DNA of 64,000 nucleotides from Batkoa obscura (Eukaryota): NCBI GenBank assembly GCA_030770535.1, contig JASVEC010000021.1, positions 248,001 to 312,000 of the forward strand, read 5' to 3'. Shown piece by piece: positions 25,451 to 36,915 of this stretch (position 1 is its first letter; each line of letters starts with the position of its first letter). The notes under the pieces were generated by a model. It saw only the letters and a program-made list of their open reading frames with translations, ran no database searches and was not told where the DNA came from. The position numbers and the translations under genes were made by a program.

Positions 25451-26652
25451 ATGGCGATTACATTCACTCAAAAAGCAAAACTAGAAGGTAGAAGAATATT
25501 CAATTAAAGGGTAGTAGATATTCATTTAGAACTTAGGTCACGAAGGCCCAGTTACAACGTTAGCCTTATTTAAAAACTCAAACAGGATCATTTCTGGATC
25601 AAGAGGTATTTATTTTAGAAAATATGCTGAACATGTTAATTTATATCTTAAAGATCAAACTGTTAAACTTTGGGATTTAGACGAAGCTAAACTTATCAAA
25701 AATTTCACTGGGTAATTTGATTATGATTATTTAATATTATTTAATAATTCCACTAAAGTCATGACTTCTTTGTCGGAGAAATTGACATATCTGAAAACGA
25801 GAAATTAGCTGCTTCAGCTGCTTGGGGTAATTATATGAAAAACATTACAATATGACGTAATAACTTTTTTAGATTCTAGCGTTATTATCTGGAACCTTGA
25901 AACTTTAGAAGAAGAAAGTCGCTTTAAAGAGCATGAAAATGTAAGTTTATTAAAAAAGTAACTTGATCAATTATTAATTTAATTCCAGGATGTTCTTACA
26001 GTTCGTTTCGTTCCCAAAAAAAACTATTTAATTTCTGGGGGACGTGATAATAGCATCAAATTTTTCAAACCGACTGGTGAAAACTCCACCAATTTTTCGG
26101 TCTCTTCCCCATCCCATTGGATTACTTGTATAAGATTTAATCCAGTCAATGAAAACCAAGTCATATTTAGTTCTTGGGATAAAAAAGTTACGGTATGTTA
26201 TTTATTACATGTTTGTTACATTTTGCTCATTTTACTAGATTACTAATATCAATGATTCATCAAAAAGCGATGAGCTAATTGGACATGGTTCTTTTATAGA
26301 ATGCTTAGACATATCTTCTGATGGTAGTTTATGTATTTCTGGAGCACGTGATGGTATGGTATTGTTTTGGGATCTTAAGTTATTAAAATATTTGCAGTTT
26401 GTTGATGTTAATGAGCATGTAAAAAATCTCAAAATTGATTCCAATAACTCATGGGTATATATACTTTCAGCTAGTAAACTTACAATATACGATTTAGGAA
26501 CAAAGGAGATAATCCATGAACTTAAACCACCCCAGGTTGAAAACGCAGAGGAAGAAAATGAAATGCTATCATTTACTTTGTCTAAAGATTCGCTTACTTT
26601 ATATACAGGATGTACAGATGGGTGTATATATGTGTGGGAATTAACTAAATAA
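25451..26652 (+). CDS. Seven-WD40 RACK1/Asc1/Cpc2-like protein, strongly divergent; 6 introns
   Basis: Spliced frame is intact: LEGHEGPVT, ISGSRDQT, GHDFFV, AAWD, HENDVL, ISGGRD, HWITCIRFNP, SWDKKV, GH..I....SSDGSLCISGARDG..LFWDL, IYDLGTKEIIHELKP, SKD..TLYTGCTDG.IYVW; collinear with RACK1. Confidence 0.8.
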
Positions 26653-26929
26653 AATTCTAATTCTAACTTACAAATTACAAAAGATACACTACGTGTGTTA
26701 TATTTAATTTAATTCCTTGTTTGGTTTTTTCTTAATCATAGCTTTTAAATATTAATGCTCGTGTTACTGAAGTTAAATACAAATTGTTTTTAAAGTTATA
26801 TTATTGGTAAGAATAATTAAAATTTTAGAATTAGATGACTAAAACCTAATAAAGTATAAAGCATAAATTTGAACTTGATATTTTCAAGGTCCAAGGTCCT
26901 TTGTGTTTAACTAATTCAACTTGAAAAAA

Positions 26930-28612
26930 ATGTTTTTCAATTTATTGCTGCTATTGTTTCTCATTTTTAATACTGAAGCAAATAAACCAAATTATAAAAT
27001 ATTAATTAATAATGACGTTGGCACAAGATCTCACGTAAAAGGAATATTTGAAGTAGGCGATTACCTAAGTGGACTTGGGCATGAAGTGGTATTTGCATCT
27101 CAAAAATCCCATGAAAGATATGCAAAAGAATATAATATAAGCTATCATCCATTAGAGGGTGATGTTGAAATAATTAACTCGTTCAAATTTATAAGCGATG
27201 GAGCTAAAGAAATCGATATTCAATGGAATTTCAAAGAGACGTTAAGAGTGCTACCCAAGCTTTTAAGTAAAGCTTACAGATTGAATTATCCCCAATTAAA
27301 TCAACTGTTAAAAGAAGAAAGTTATGATTTAGTCATGTGTGACTTCGTTGCTCATGCATGCCAGGATGCTGCTAGAACCAATGGTATTCCATTGATTGTA
27401 TATTATCAAAGTTTAGATAATATAGTAACTTTATTAGCAAGCTATAAAGTAAACATTCGAGAGTATGGACCATTAGATATAAAAAATATGAGTTTTAAAC
27501 AAAGATATTACTATAAATTTATTCAACCAGTTAAAGGAGCATTTTATTTTGTAAAGGTCAAAAACGAGTTATCAAAAGTACGTGAAGAGTTTCAAGTTAA
27601 AAGTAATGTTTATTTTGGTGATCTCCAGTATGGTTTAGGTTTAGCCAACTCCTTTTTTGGATTTGAAATCCCAGTCAGTGTGCCTCCCAATATTAAAGTG
27701 GTAGGACCTCTATCAAAATTACCCAAATCGGAGTTAGATGACGAGTTGAAAGAATTTACAGACCAGAATCAAAGAATTATTTTTATAGCTTTTGGAAGTA
27801 TTGTTAAACTAGGACCTAAAACGATAGTGTCCATTTTGGAATACATGTTATTTGCTATTGAAAGTAAAATAATTGATGGGGTTATTTGGAGTATAGGGAA
27901 GTCAGATATTACTAACTTACCAAAAGAGATTCGAATCCCTAACTCAGATAAAGTTATTGAAACAAAGCCATTCTTTAATAATAAGCATCCTAATATTAGG
28001 ATTTCAAATTGGTTACCTCAATATTCAATATTAAATCATGAGAATGTTAAGTTATTTTTGACCCATGGTGGAATCGAGAGCTTATTTGAAGCGATAGCTA
28101 CTTCAACCCCAATACTATGTATGCCTTTTTCTGGTGACCAACCTAGAAATGCTAAGAAAATAGAAAGGATGGGGATAGGTCAATATTTAAATGCAGATGA
28201 GTTAAATTTAGAAAATATTATGACGAAAATAAAAGTTTTGTTAGAAAAGGATGACGAAAAAATTGCGCTCAATTTTAGGAAATATAAAGTATTAATAGAG
28301 AATAGTGAAAGAAAGATTCAAGCTGCTGCAGATATTGCTATTGAACATATAAAGTTTAGTCAGATTTGTAGAAAGATTGAGCCTTATGATTCAACTAAAA
28401 ATAGCGCGCCGTGTGAGATGGAACATCTCACACCTGTCTATAATGAGCTCAATTATTTCGTTGCTAATGGGCTGGATATCTATACTTTTAATTTGATATT
28501 TTGTATACTGTTCGTTTTTATGATTTTTAAGCTATTCAGTTTTGTTTCTACCTTTTTACTTAAAATGGTAAAAAAAATTATTTCAAGTCCACTTAAAGCC
28601 AAAGTGGAATGA
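26930..28612 (+). CDS. UDP-glycosyltransferase (GT1), ER-membrane animal-type architecture
   Basis: Intronless; signal peptide, RSH...L...GHEV, CDF, FIAFGS, UGT signature WLPQ..ILNH..VKLFLTHGG..S..EA...P...P..GDQ..NA, C-terminal TM and KAKVE. First ATG is 26930 (the track starts at a TTG). Confidence 0.92.
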   Translation: MFFNLLLLLFLIFNTEANKPNYKILINNDVGTRSHVKGIFEVGDYLSGLGHEVVFASQKSHERYAKEYNISYHPLEGDVEIINSFKFISDGAKEIDIQWNFKETLRVLPKLLSKAYRLNYPQLNQLLKEESYDLVMCDFVAHACQDAARTNGIPLIVYYQSLDNIVTLLASYKVNIREYGPLDIKNMSFKQRYYYKFIQPVKGAFYFVKVKNELSKVREEFQVKSNVYFGDLQYGLGLANSFFGFEIPVSVPPNIKVVGPLSKLPKSELDDELKEFTDQNQRIIFIAFGSIVKLGPKTIVSILEYMLFAIESKIIDGVIWSIGKSDITNLPKEIRIPNSDKVIETKPFFNNKHPNIRISNWLPQYSILNHENVKLFLTHGGIESLFEAIATSTPILCMPFSGDQPRNAKKIERMGIGQYLNADELNLENIMTKIKVLLEKDDEKIALNFRKYKVLIENSERKIQAAADIAIEHIKFSQICRKIEPYDSTKNSAPCEMEHLTPVYNELNYFVANGLDIYTFNLIFCILFVFMIFKLFSFVSTFLLKMVKKIISSPLKAKVE

Positions 28613-29432
28613 TATTATTTTATGAAATTTCATGATTAATTATACATTGACTTTTAAATAAATGGATAATATACTTCTATAATCTTTTATTAATATAATT
28701 TAAAAATAAATTGATATCTTTATCAACTTCATTAAAAATTCAGTTATTTGAAGAGCATGAAAAAGCAGAGTCTGAAACGTGAACCCTATACATTAAAAAA
28801 TAAAAGGAAATTTTCAGAAATGAAAAACATTTTGCAACTTTAGATGTTTGAGTAAATATACTGTGCATCAGCGTTATCTATTACATGGTATAATATTACA
28901 CTTTTCATCGTTATAAGTTATTAAATTTTGCTTGTAACTGTGTTAAGAGTAAAATTACCAAAAAGCTTGAGAGTGTTGTATTTTAAACCATAGATTTTAC
29001 TAATATAGTTAGTTTAAATGGTGTTTTAGAAACATCAACTATTGAACAAGGGGCTATGCTAATCAAATATAGATACCGTTTTACAAAATTGGTGTAATAA
29101 TGAATTTTTTCGAATTAATAATACAATAATATATCAATACATTAAATGATATATGATATCACTATGAAGCAACATAAAAGTAGAAACTTATCAAAGATAC
29201 CAAAGAAGTATACTAAAAACACCATTAATAGCAAAGCTTTCAAAATATTACTTTCTAGCTAGTAAGCTTAGAAAATTTAAATTGATCTAGATTGTGACAA
29301 ATCTATGCCTAAATAGGAAATGGACTAAAAGCTTTAAGGAGTGTTTATAACTAATAATCGTTCAAAAGTAATATAAAAAACCAACAGAAGCAACAAATAA
29401 TTGAAAAATTATAGCTCTTTTTAAAAAAATCA

Positions 29433-30860
29433 ATGATTTTAATATTAACTCTACTAATCATTCAATCCAATTCAATTATTTTTGCTGCAAACGCACCAAG
29501 ACTGTATGCTGGAGGTTGTGGGGTATATAACGATGTATTATATTATGCTGGAGGTATCATTGATCCAGATGGTACACATACTAAAAATGACAATAACCTG
29601 AAAGTCTATTCTTTGAAGCTCAAAGATGGGTTTAGTTTGGATGACAACAATAATGCTCCATGGCAAGTTGCATCTAATGATCAGGGACCAATATCAGACT
29701 TTACAAGTGTAGTTATTAATAATAATAATGCTAGTTTATTTGTAATAGGAGGTAAAAACAGGCCGAAGGAAGATATTTTTGAAAAATTCAATTTATTAAA
29801 AAACAAATGGGAATCAAATCAAGTAGCAGTAGATACCTTTCCAGCATCCAATAAATCAGTAACTGATGAGGATATAAAATACGCTTATTATTCATCATCT
29901 TTAACTCAAGATAGCAAAAATAAAAATTTATACTTTCATTTTGGTGGAGCAACCAAGAGTTCGAATAAGACATCAATAAATGGTAGAAAAAGCCTATCAT
30001 TACTAAATGCAGTAGATGGTACATGGAGAAAGTTAAAGGATGGACCTGACTATGTTGCTGATCATGTCGCAGCTGTATATGATAGTAAGCTATATGTTGT
30101 AGGCGGTAGCAACCCTTATACTAGAGAAATAAAAAAAATGGATGAAATAATGATATACGATTATCCATCTAATTCTTGGGGCATTATGACTGCAAAAGGC
30201 GATATACCTGAGCCACGATTTGGACATTCCTCTACATTAGTTGGTAGCAAAATGATTATTGCAGGAGGTAGTCTTGATAATACTTATGATTCATTTCCTT
30301 CATCTTCTATTTATACGTTGGAGCTAAAGGACTCAGCGCTAATTTATAAAGGATATAAAGTGGGTAGCTTTTTCAATGCTTATTTAGGCTCCCTTACTTA
30401 CTACAATGATCATCTAATTTATACTTTTGGTTATCATACTGGGTATCTTTTGTCTAAGTCACAAATTATAAATATGAATGGAAATGAATGGAAGCTTGTA
30501 CAATCATTACCAGCCAACGCTCAAAATTCTGGAAATGATCTTAATAGGGGAAGTCCGAATTTAACTGCTATAATAGGTGGATCTGTAGGTGGTGCATTGG
30601 CTTTATTATTTATTATAGCCTTAATATGGTATCTTTTAAAAAAAAAGTCAAAAATAGTGAATAATGACAACGTGTCAATTACCAAAGAGGAATTGGGCCC
30701 GCCAGCACTTCTAGAAGGAAACGTTTGGACCTCAACAGATCCAGGAGAGATTAAAGAAGCTAATTTTACATTAGATACTGAAACAATGCTACCAGGTTTT
30801 GATGACGATTTAACTCATCCTAGTTCTCATACTTGGAGTAACAATACTAATACCAGATAA
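29433..30860 (+). CDS. Kelch-repeat type I membrane protein, copy B
   Basis: Intronless 475 aa; aligns end to end with 5446-6906. Confidence 0.9.
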   Translation: MILILTLLIIQSNSIIFAANAPRLYAGGCGVYNDVLYYAGGIIDPDGTHTKNDNNLKVYSLKLKDGFSLDDNNNAPWQVASNDQGPISDFTSVVINNNNASLFVIGGKNRPKEDIFEKFNLLKNKWESNQVAVDTFPASNKSVTDEDIKYAYYSSSLTQDSKNKNLYFHFGGATKSSNKTSINGRKSLSLLNAVDGTWRKLKDGPDYVADHVAAVYDSKLYVVGGSNPYTREIKKMDEIMIYDYPSNSWGIMTAKGDIPEPRFGHSSTLVGSKMIIAGGSLDNTYDSFPSSSIYTLELKDSALIYKGYKVGSFFNAYLGSLTYYNDHLIYTFGYHTGYLLSKSQIINMNGNEWKLVQSLPANAQNSGNDLNRGSPNLTAIIGGSVGGALALLFIIALIWYLLKKKSKIVNNDNVSITKEELGPPALLEGNVWTSTDPGEIKEANFTLDTETMLPGFDDDLTHPSSHTWSNNTNTR

Positions 30861-31054
30861 AGCATCATTTTAAACTTTATCATTAATTTTTTTGAAGGCA
30901 CATGTCTGCACCAAGTTTTATAAAATTAATATAATACAAAATAGTAAATAAATAAAATTAGACTATTAGTACCATGAATTTATTTGTAAATTTTTTAAAA
31001 AACTACATGCATTTTAGATATTGAGTTATTAAAAAAACAGACTATAGTTTTTAA

Positions 31055-31154
31055 TTATGGGGATGTTTTTTAATTACTTTTTCCATCTTTTAAGCACTAT
31101 TTGAGTGGAAAGACTACTGGTAAAATTCTTAAACACAAAAATACATCCCCATAT
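31055..31154 (-). mobile_element. MITE family 1 copy
   Basis: TTAT-GGGGATGTTTTT...AAAAATACATCCCC-ATAT. Confidence 0.85.
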
Positions 31155-31544
31155 TATTATTTTTATTACTATTAAAGTTATAATAAATAATATTGAAATG
31201 GTAATTTGATACTTCGTAAGATTCGAAGCCACTAAGTCAATAACTCTAGTCATATATAAGAGACTATGCTCATAACCATAGTTAAGGCTAGGTTGATATA
31301 CTTAAATATGGTTAAAATTTTACAATAAATTATCAAATACAAGTTTTATTTATTCACTTGAATGAAAAAGTAAAATATTGGATGATATTAAGGTTTAATT
31401 TTTTTACAAAAGATTTAATAAACTAAGTCGAAATCAAATATTAAGATTTTAATGTAAGTTTCTTGTAAAATATTTCAAATTAACTTATTTAATTAATCTT
31501 AAAATATAAGACAGCTTTTTAAGTATGAAAAAGCTAACAAGATT

Positions 31545-31647
31545 ATATGGAGATGTTTTTTTGGCTTCATCACTTTTTCTATCTTTTAAGCGCTATTTAA
31601 GTGAAAAAATTATTACCAAAGTTAAACACAAAAATCCATCCCTATAT
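31545..31647 (-). mobile_element. MITE family 1 copy (left arm of an inverted pair)
   Basis: ATAT-GGAGATGTTTTT...TTAAGCGCTATTT...CATCCCT-ATAT. Confidence 0.85.
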
Positions 31648-31691
31648 AAACAAATATTACCTAACAGCTTAATCCTAAAGATCGTGGTATC

Positions 31692-31798
31692 ATATGGGGA
31701 TGTATTTTTGTGTTTAAGAATTTTACTAATAATTTTTTCACTCAAATAGCGCTTAAAAGATAGAAAAAGTGATGAAGCCAAAAAAAACATCCCCATAT
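31692..31798 (+). mobile_element. MITE family 1 copy, close to consensus (right arm of an inverted pair)
   Basis: ATAT-GGGGATGTATTTTTG...CAAATAGCGCTTAAAAG...AAAAAACATCCCC-ATAT. Confidence 0.9.
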
Positions 31799-32199
31799 AT
31801 TTATGTTATTTTAATTAAATAACATAATGTATCCTCTCTTGGGTTTTCTTACAATAAACAGGCTTTTTTATCAGATGTATTTATATAGATACTGTAAAAT
31901 ATGGTACTTCAGTAATTGAAATCAAAAACAACTATTGCCTGGTTGACTACACTGTAGGTCGAAAGGTCTTAGTTTATGTGACTAAGATAGACTTGAGTTA
32001 TGAAGAATAGCACTTAATAGTGTATGGACTATGTAAGGCAAATAGAATAGACAATAGCAATCTAGAATCTATGTAAAACACTATCAACCAAACTTAGTGG
32101 CTTTATTAGATGTTTGATATATCAGTGAATAATTCAGTTAGAAAGCCTCGAGCTACTATGTTCTAGAATCTCTTTTATACTCTACAAGTACAAATACCA

Positions 32200-32842
32200 A
32201 AACGAGAAGATAATATTATTAAAGATGAAGCTAGAAATTCTCATAGCAAATCAAACTAATAGCGTGGAATTGATTGTCTCTAAACTCGAGAACACAACAG
32301 CTTAGGGGATTATTATGCTATGATTAGCCATGGAGCTGGCAAAGCGGTATTTCACACTAATATCCTATGAGAGCGGTACTGTTGAAATTAGATCCAATGT
32401 TGAGACATTCAGTTTTAAGGCAAGTTTTGAAATTAAAGGATTTTCAGTGGAAGCTGGCTATGAAGAAAGCAAGTCAGTATTGAAAAAGAAGTGTTGAGGT
32501 CTTCTGGCCACTCTTTAAGCAAAGGTGATATTGCTTTCTTTATTTTAAACCAAAATATCAATATTGTAGAATGGTTTATACTGGTTATAAGTTAAAGGGA
32601 GATAATTGATGCCAAACTGAAGTTATTTAGCTCCCTGTTGTTAATAACGATAGAATTCCTGAAGATGTTGTAAATTTAATAAAGAACCGCTCAACTACAT
32701 CAGGCTGTGATAGTAAAACTTCAATGGCTTATGACTTGTTTGATATGATATTGAGAAAAACGTGATCTTATCAGGAAAAAAACTTTGGTGCAACGAAAAG
32801 ACTGGGAAGTTCACTAATCATGAATTTAATCCATTTATGTAA
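32200..32842 (+). pseudogene. Decayed gene, possibly an aerolysin/ETX-MTX2-like beta-pore-forming protein
   Basis: Frameshifted and stop-interrupted pieces: ETFSFKASFEIKGFSVEAGYEESKS / LSKGDIAF / YFKPKYQYCRMVYTG / LPVVNNDRIPE; boundaries are approximate. Confidence 0.35.
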
Positions 32843-33380
32843 AATGATTAAAGGCCTTTACGTTACAACACAATGCTATTTGATATTTCACCGAATTAAA
32901 CAAAATGTTAAGCATTAGTCGACTATATTATTATCCTTAAAGAAACACTGAGGTATAAATCAAATTGTATCTTTATTATGACTTTTTAATTATTTTTAGT
33001 ATGAAATTTTGATAAAGTTCTAGGCTATAATATTAGAGTGCTGGCAAAAAGTTATTTTCAATGAGAGATTGACTTTTGTAAATTAAAAAACTATAAATTT
33101 TCATATTGTATTGAAGTCGTGTTTTTCAATTGAACATGTTAACTAAAATTGATGCTAAGATTAGATTGGGGTCAAAGTCCAGGGGTTTCATTAAATTGTA
33201 GTATTACGGTTAGTGTCTTTGAAAATTCACACAAAATCAATTTTTTGAAGGATTTTAGAATACCCATCCAATTTATTTTTTATCAAATGTAATTTATCAT
33301 CCAAAAATAAAAAACAATGCTATACTTTACTGTTGTATTTATACACTTCAACAGCAAAAAAGTCAACTTGTTATGAACCT

Positions 33381-33640
33381 AGGAATGTTTTCTACTTATT
33401 GCCTTTTGCTATTTTTTAAGACTTTGAAATTAACTAATATAACTATTTAAATTTGAATGTGTGTCAACAAATAACGAATTTTAGTCAGCTATTTGTTCTA
33501 TCATGGTGATTTGAGACTTATTGATTTAATTTTTTAAAATGAACAGTTAGTCAGTAGTACACTATTTAAGCTTGAATAGTGTACTGATTAATTAAATTTT
33601 TTAAAAATAACAAAGGACAATTGGCAAAAAATATCACCCC
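33381..33640. mobile_element. Long-TIR foldback element, family 2, copy 1
   Basis: Ends GGAATGTTTT... and ...AAAAATATCACCCC; imperfect inverted arms; internal palindrome at 33556-33585; homologous to 59022-59296. Confidence 0.6.
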
Positions 33641-33779
33641 ACCTGCTTAATATACTAAGCTTCAACTTTTTAAAAAAAATCCCTTGAAAGTTTAAAAGAT
33701 TAAGTATTTTTATTAGTAACAGATAAAAAGACATTATTTTAATTTTCAACTTTAATACAAATAATTTATTAGCAAAAAA

Positions 33780-35376
33780 TTATACAACAACAGCAGGATC
33801 ACTAGGAATAGTACCATAATTGGTTAAAGGATCAAAATCATTATTTAGTGCTGGGATTTCAGCATCAGGGATACGAGAATGACATAGCCTAATCTCTTCT
33901 CTCCAATCTGTAGTTAAAACATAATATGCTTCACCAATAGCACAGTAAATCCAAGATACAACTACGCCTACCCATAAACCTAACAAACCAAGCTCAAACT
34001 TAATAGCCAGGTACCATCCAAGTGGGATAGAAACAAGATAACATCCACTTAATTTGAAAAAAGCACCAATACTTTGTTTTCCTTGACCTCTCAATATTGC
34101 TCCAGATAAAGTAGCAATAGAATAAAAAGTCTAAATAATTAATTGATTAAAGATTCCCAAATTATATATACAATTATATTACCAATCCAAATGACACAAC
34201 AGCTAGTATTTTATCAGCAATTAAATACACTTGCTCATCTCTTGAAAAGAACTGAATGAAATTGGCACGGAAATAAAATAATATAAAATTGAAGAAAAGT
34301 CCAAGTACTACAGCCAATAGTAATACTACCCTGGCATTTAGTCTAGCTTTGAATAATAAACTAGATCCTAAAAGGTTGCCTACACGAACAGAGGATCCTA
34401 AAGCTAAAGCCACCAAAAACAAAGCACATATTTGAAATGATACCCCAATAATAGCTTGAGCAGATAATGGTGCAGGTCCAAAATAAGAAACTAAAAATGA
34501 GATAAATTCAATGGGCCAAACAGCACCGGCAATCATGATTATTCCTGGCAAGGCAATCTTCATGAATGGAAACCAATCTTTAAAAGCTTCCTTACTGAAA
34601 CCATCAAAGTAGTAGTCAGCGCCTGTTATCTTTACTGAAAAGAGTAATAGCACCAGTCGAATTGAACCAATAATCATCATAGTAAGTGGGATTCCAATTA
34701 AACCAAGGTTTAAGCCACTAGTATCAGTAGCAAATGAAACTAAACAAATATGAATAGGCATGACAATGATAGATATTATTAATGAAGGTTTAGTTATGCC
34801 TGTATATTAAAAAATTAGTTCATAATCATAATAAATTAAAGTGAACTGACCTTGAATCACCATAAAACGCTTAATCACCTCAATCAAAGCTAGAAGTGGA
34901 ATACAGGGGAAAAAATAAAACATGTACTTTCCAGCTAACTTTGAAATCTCTTTTTCTTGTCCTAAAAACAACAAGATGGATTCAAAATTACAACAAAAAA
35001 TAAAGATGGGTATAAATAAAGCAAGGATAATAAGGATAGCTCTTTGAGCTAAGATCCCAACCCACTTTGGATGTCTTGAAGCAGTAATTGCTTGAGACTG
35101 TAATGTTTCTAAGCCGGTTAAAATCCCTGCCAATGGGGACATAGCGAAGATAAGAAATATAGTCATACTTAAAGTAGATGCTGCCAACTCATAAGTTCCC
35201 AATAAACCCGCTATTCTCATATTATATATCATTGGAGAAGTAGCAAAAATTTCGTCCAAAACAATAGGCCATGACAAATTCAAAATAAAACTTAGTTCTT
35301 TACAGGCATCTTTAAGATTTAACTCAGAAGAACTATCCACTTCTTTTTGTTTTGTATCCCGGTTTGCTGTTAGCAT
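33780..35376 (-). CDS. MATE family efflux transporter, copy A (exons 35376-34851, 34799-34183, 34130-33780)
   Basis: LSWP, GLLGTYELAA, GLETLQSQA, QRA, KRFMVIQG, KIALPG, SVRVGNLLG, LRGQGKQ, Y.V.IPLG, GLLGLWVG, TDW; two GT-AG introns join the three ORFs in frame. Confidence 0.93.
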
Positions 35377-36148
35377 TATTTATAAAATAGCAAAAGTGAA
35401 GTTTTTTTTTCTTATATAATGATTTTTATCTTCCGATTTCACTGGCTAAACTATTGGAAAGGGGATAAAGTATTGCTTTAATTTCTTAATTTAGAAATTA
35501 TGCTTACTAAAATTTATGGACTCCATTAGTTGAATTCTGAACTCACTATTATTCCAAACATTTGACTGAAATGATATGCTATAGATTAGTAATGTAGTTT
35601 AATCGAGGTTTTGTTTTATTGGCTTAGAATCTGATGACCACATTCTTGAGGAAAGTAAATGGACCTTTAAATTATCCGAATTCATTTAATAATCTAAAAA
35701 CGTAATATCGTGAAGGTCTAAAAGCCGAGCCGGTATTAAATATCATGCCCCAGTTAATGCAAGTTGAAAAAAATCAGAGTTTATGTAAAAGACTCAGAAA
35801 ATCAAGAAAAGCATGGCAACTTTAGAATATGTTTAAATTCCCCTTTTACAATAAATCAAAGTTGGGAAGCAACTGAACCTTGAAATCAAATTAGTACATA
35901 TTAAAATGAGATTATTATCATTTTTTTAAATACAAGTGATTTATAATATTTAATAAGAATGATGATATATGATACTTCTTTATATTTTAAACCTTTTGTA
36001 TTATATAGTAAATTAAATTAGCCTTATTAGATTTGTTTTGTGTTTAATTATTCTTTTTAGACTCTATTTTGAATGTCAGAAAATCAAAAAATAAAATCAA
36101 TATAGCATTATAAAAATTAATAAATTTACAATATTACATAATACAATC

Positions 36149-36254
36149 ATATGGGGATGTATTTTTGTATTTAAGAATTTTACTAGCAATTTTTCCGCTT
36201 AAATAGCGCTTAAAAATGGAAAAAATAATGAAGTCAAAAAAAACACTCCCATAT
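36149..36254 (+). mobile_element. MITE family 1 copy, first unit of tandem dimer
   Basis: ATAT-GGGGATGTATTTTTG...AAAAACACTCCC-ATAT; the ATAT is shared with the next copy. Confidence 0.85.
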
Positions 36255-36352
36255 GGAGATGTATTTTTTTGAGAATTCTACTAAAAGCCTTTCTGCTCAA
36301 ATAGCGCTTAAAAAAGAGAAAAGTGATGAAACCAAAAAAAACATCCTCATAT
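36251..36352 (+). mobile_element. MITE family 1 copy, second unit of tandem dimer
   Basis: ATAT-GGAGATGTATTTT...CAAATAGCGCTTAAAA...ACATCCTC-ATAT. Confidence 0.85.
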
Positions 36353-36811
36353 GTTAGCATTTTGTAACTTAATTCAAATATATATACCATAATACAATAA
36401 CTATAATATTTTCGAATGATAAAGTTAACTAGTAAAATATAATATTGGTTTTATAGTCACCATTTAGTTAAAAACTATTTAATTATAAATCTATTATTCT
36501 AATAACTACAATACAACAATTACTATCAATGTAATGAAATCTAAATAATATAGTTAGGTAATTTAATTAGTTATTGTCATTTGATTGATATCCTTAATTG
36601 AAATTTTACATAAAAATAATATTTAAATAGATATTCTTTTTTCCTGAATTTAAAGTTTATCTTACATAAATTTCTAAATGAAATTAAATTATGTTTGAAC
36701 CAAGTTTTTAAACTCATCAGTGTAAGCAATTCCCAATTGAATGATACTAAATAAAATGCATTAATTTATCAGCTATATAAGCAAAGCATAAATCACTTTC
36801 TACTTTTTTAC

Positions 36812-36915
36812 ATATGGAGATGTATTTTTGTATAAGAATTTTACCAACAATTTTTCCACTCAAATAGCGCTTAAAAGGTAGAAAAAATGCTGAAGCTAAA
36901 AAAACATCCCCATAT
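36812..36915 (+). mobile_element. MITE family 1 copy
   Basis: ATAT-GGAGATGTATTTTTG...AAAACATCCCC-ATAT. Confidence 0.88.

Noticed and set aside
25480..26240. Intronic snoRNA, as found in yeast ASC1
   Set aside because: Introns here are only about 45-50 nt, with no room for a C/D box RNA
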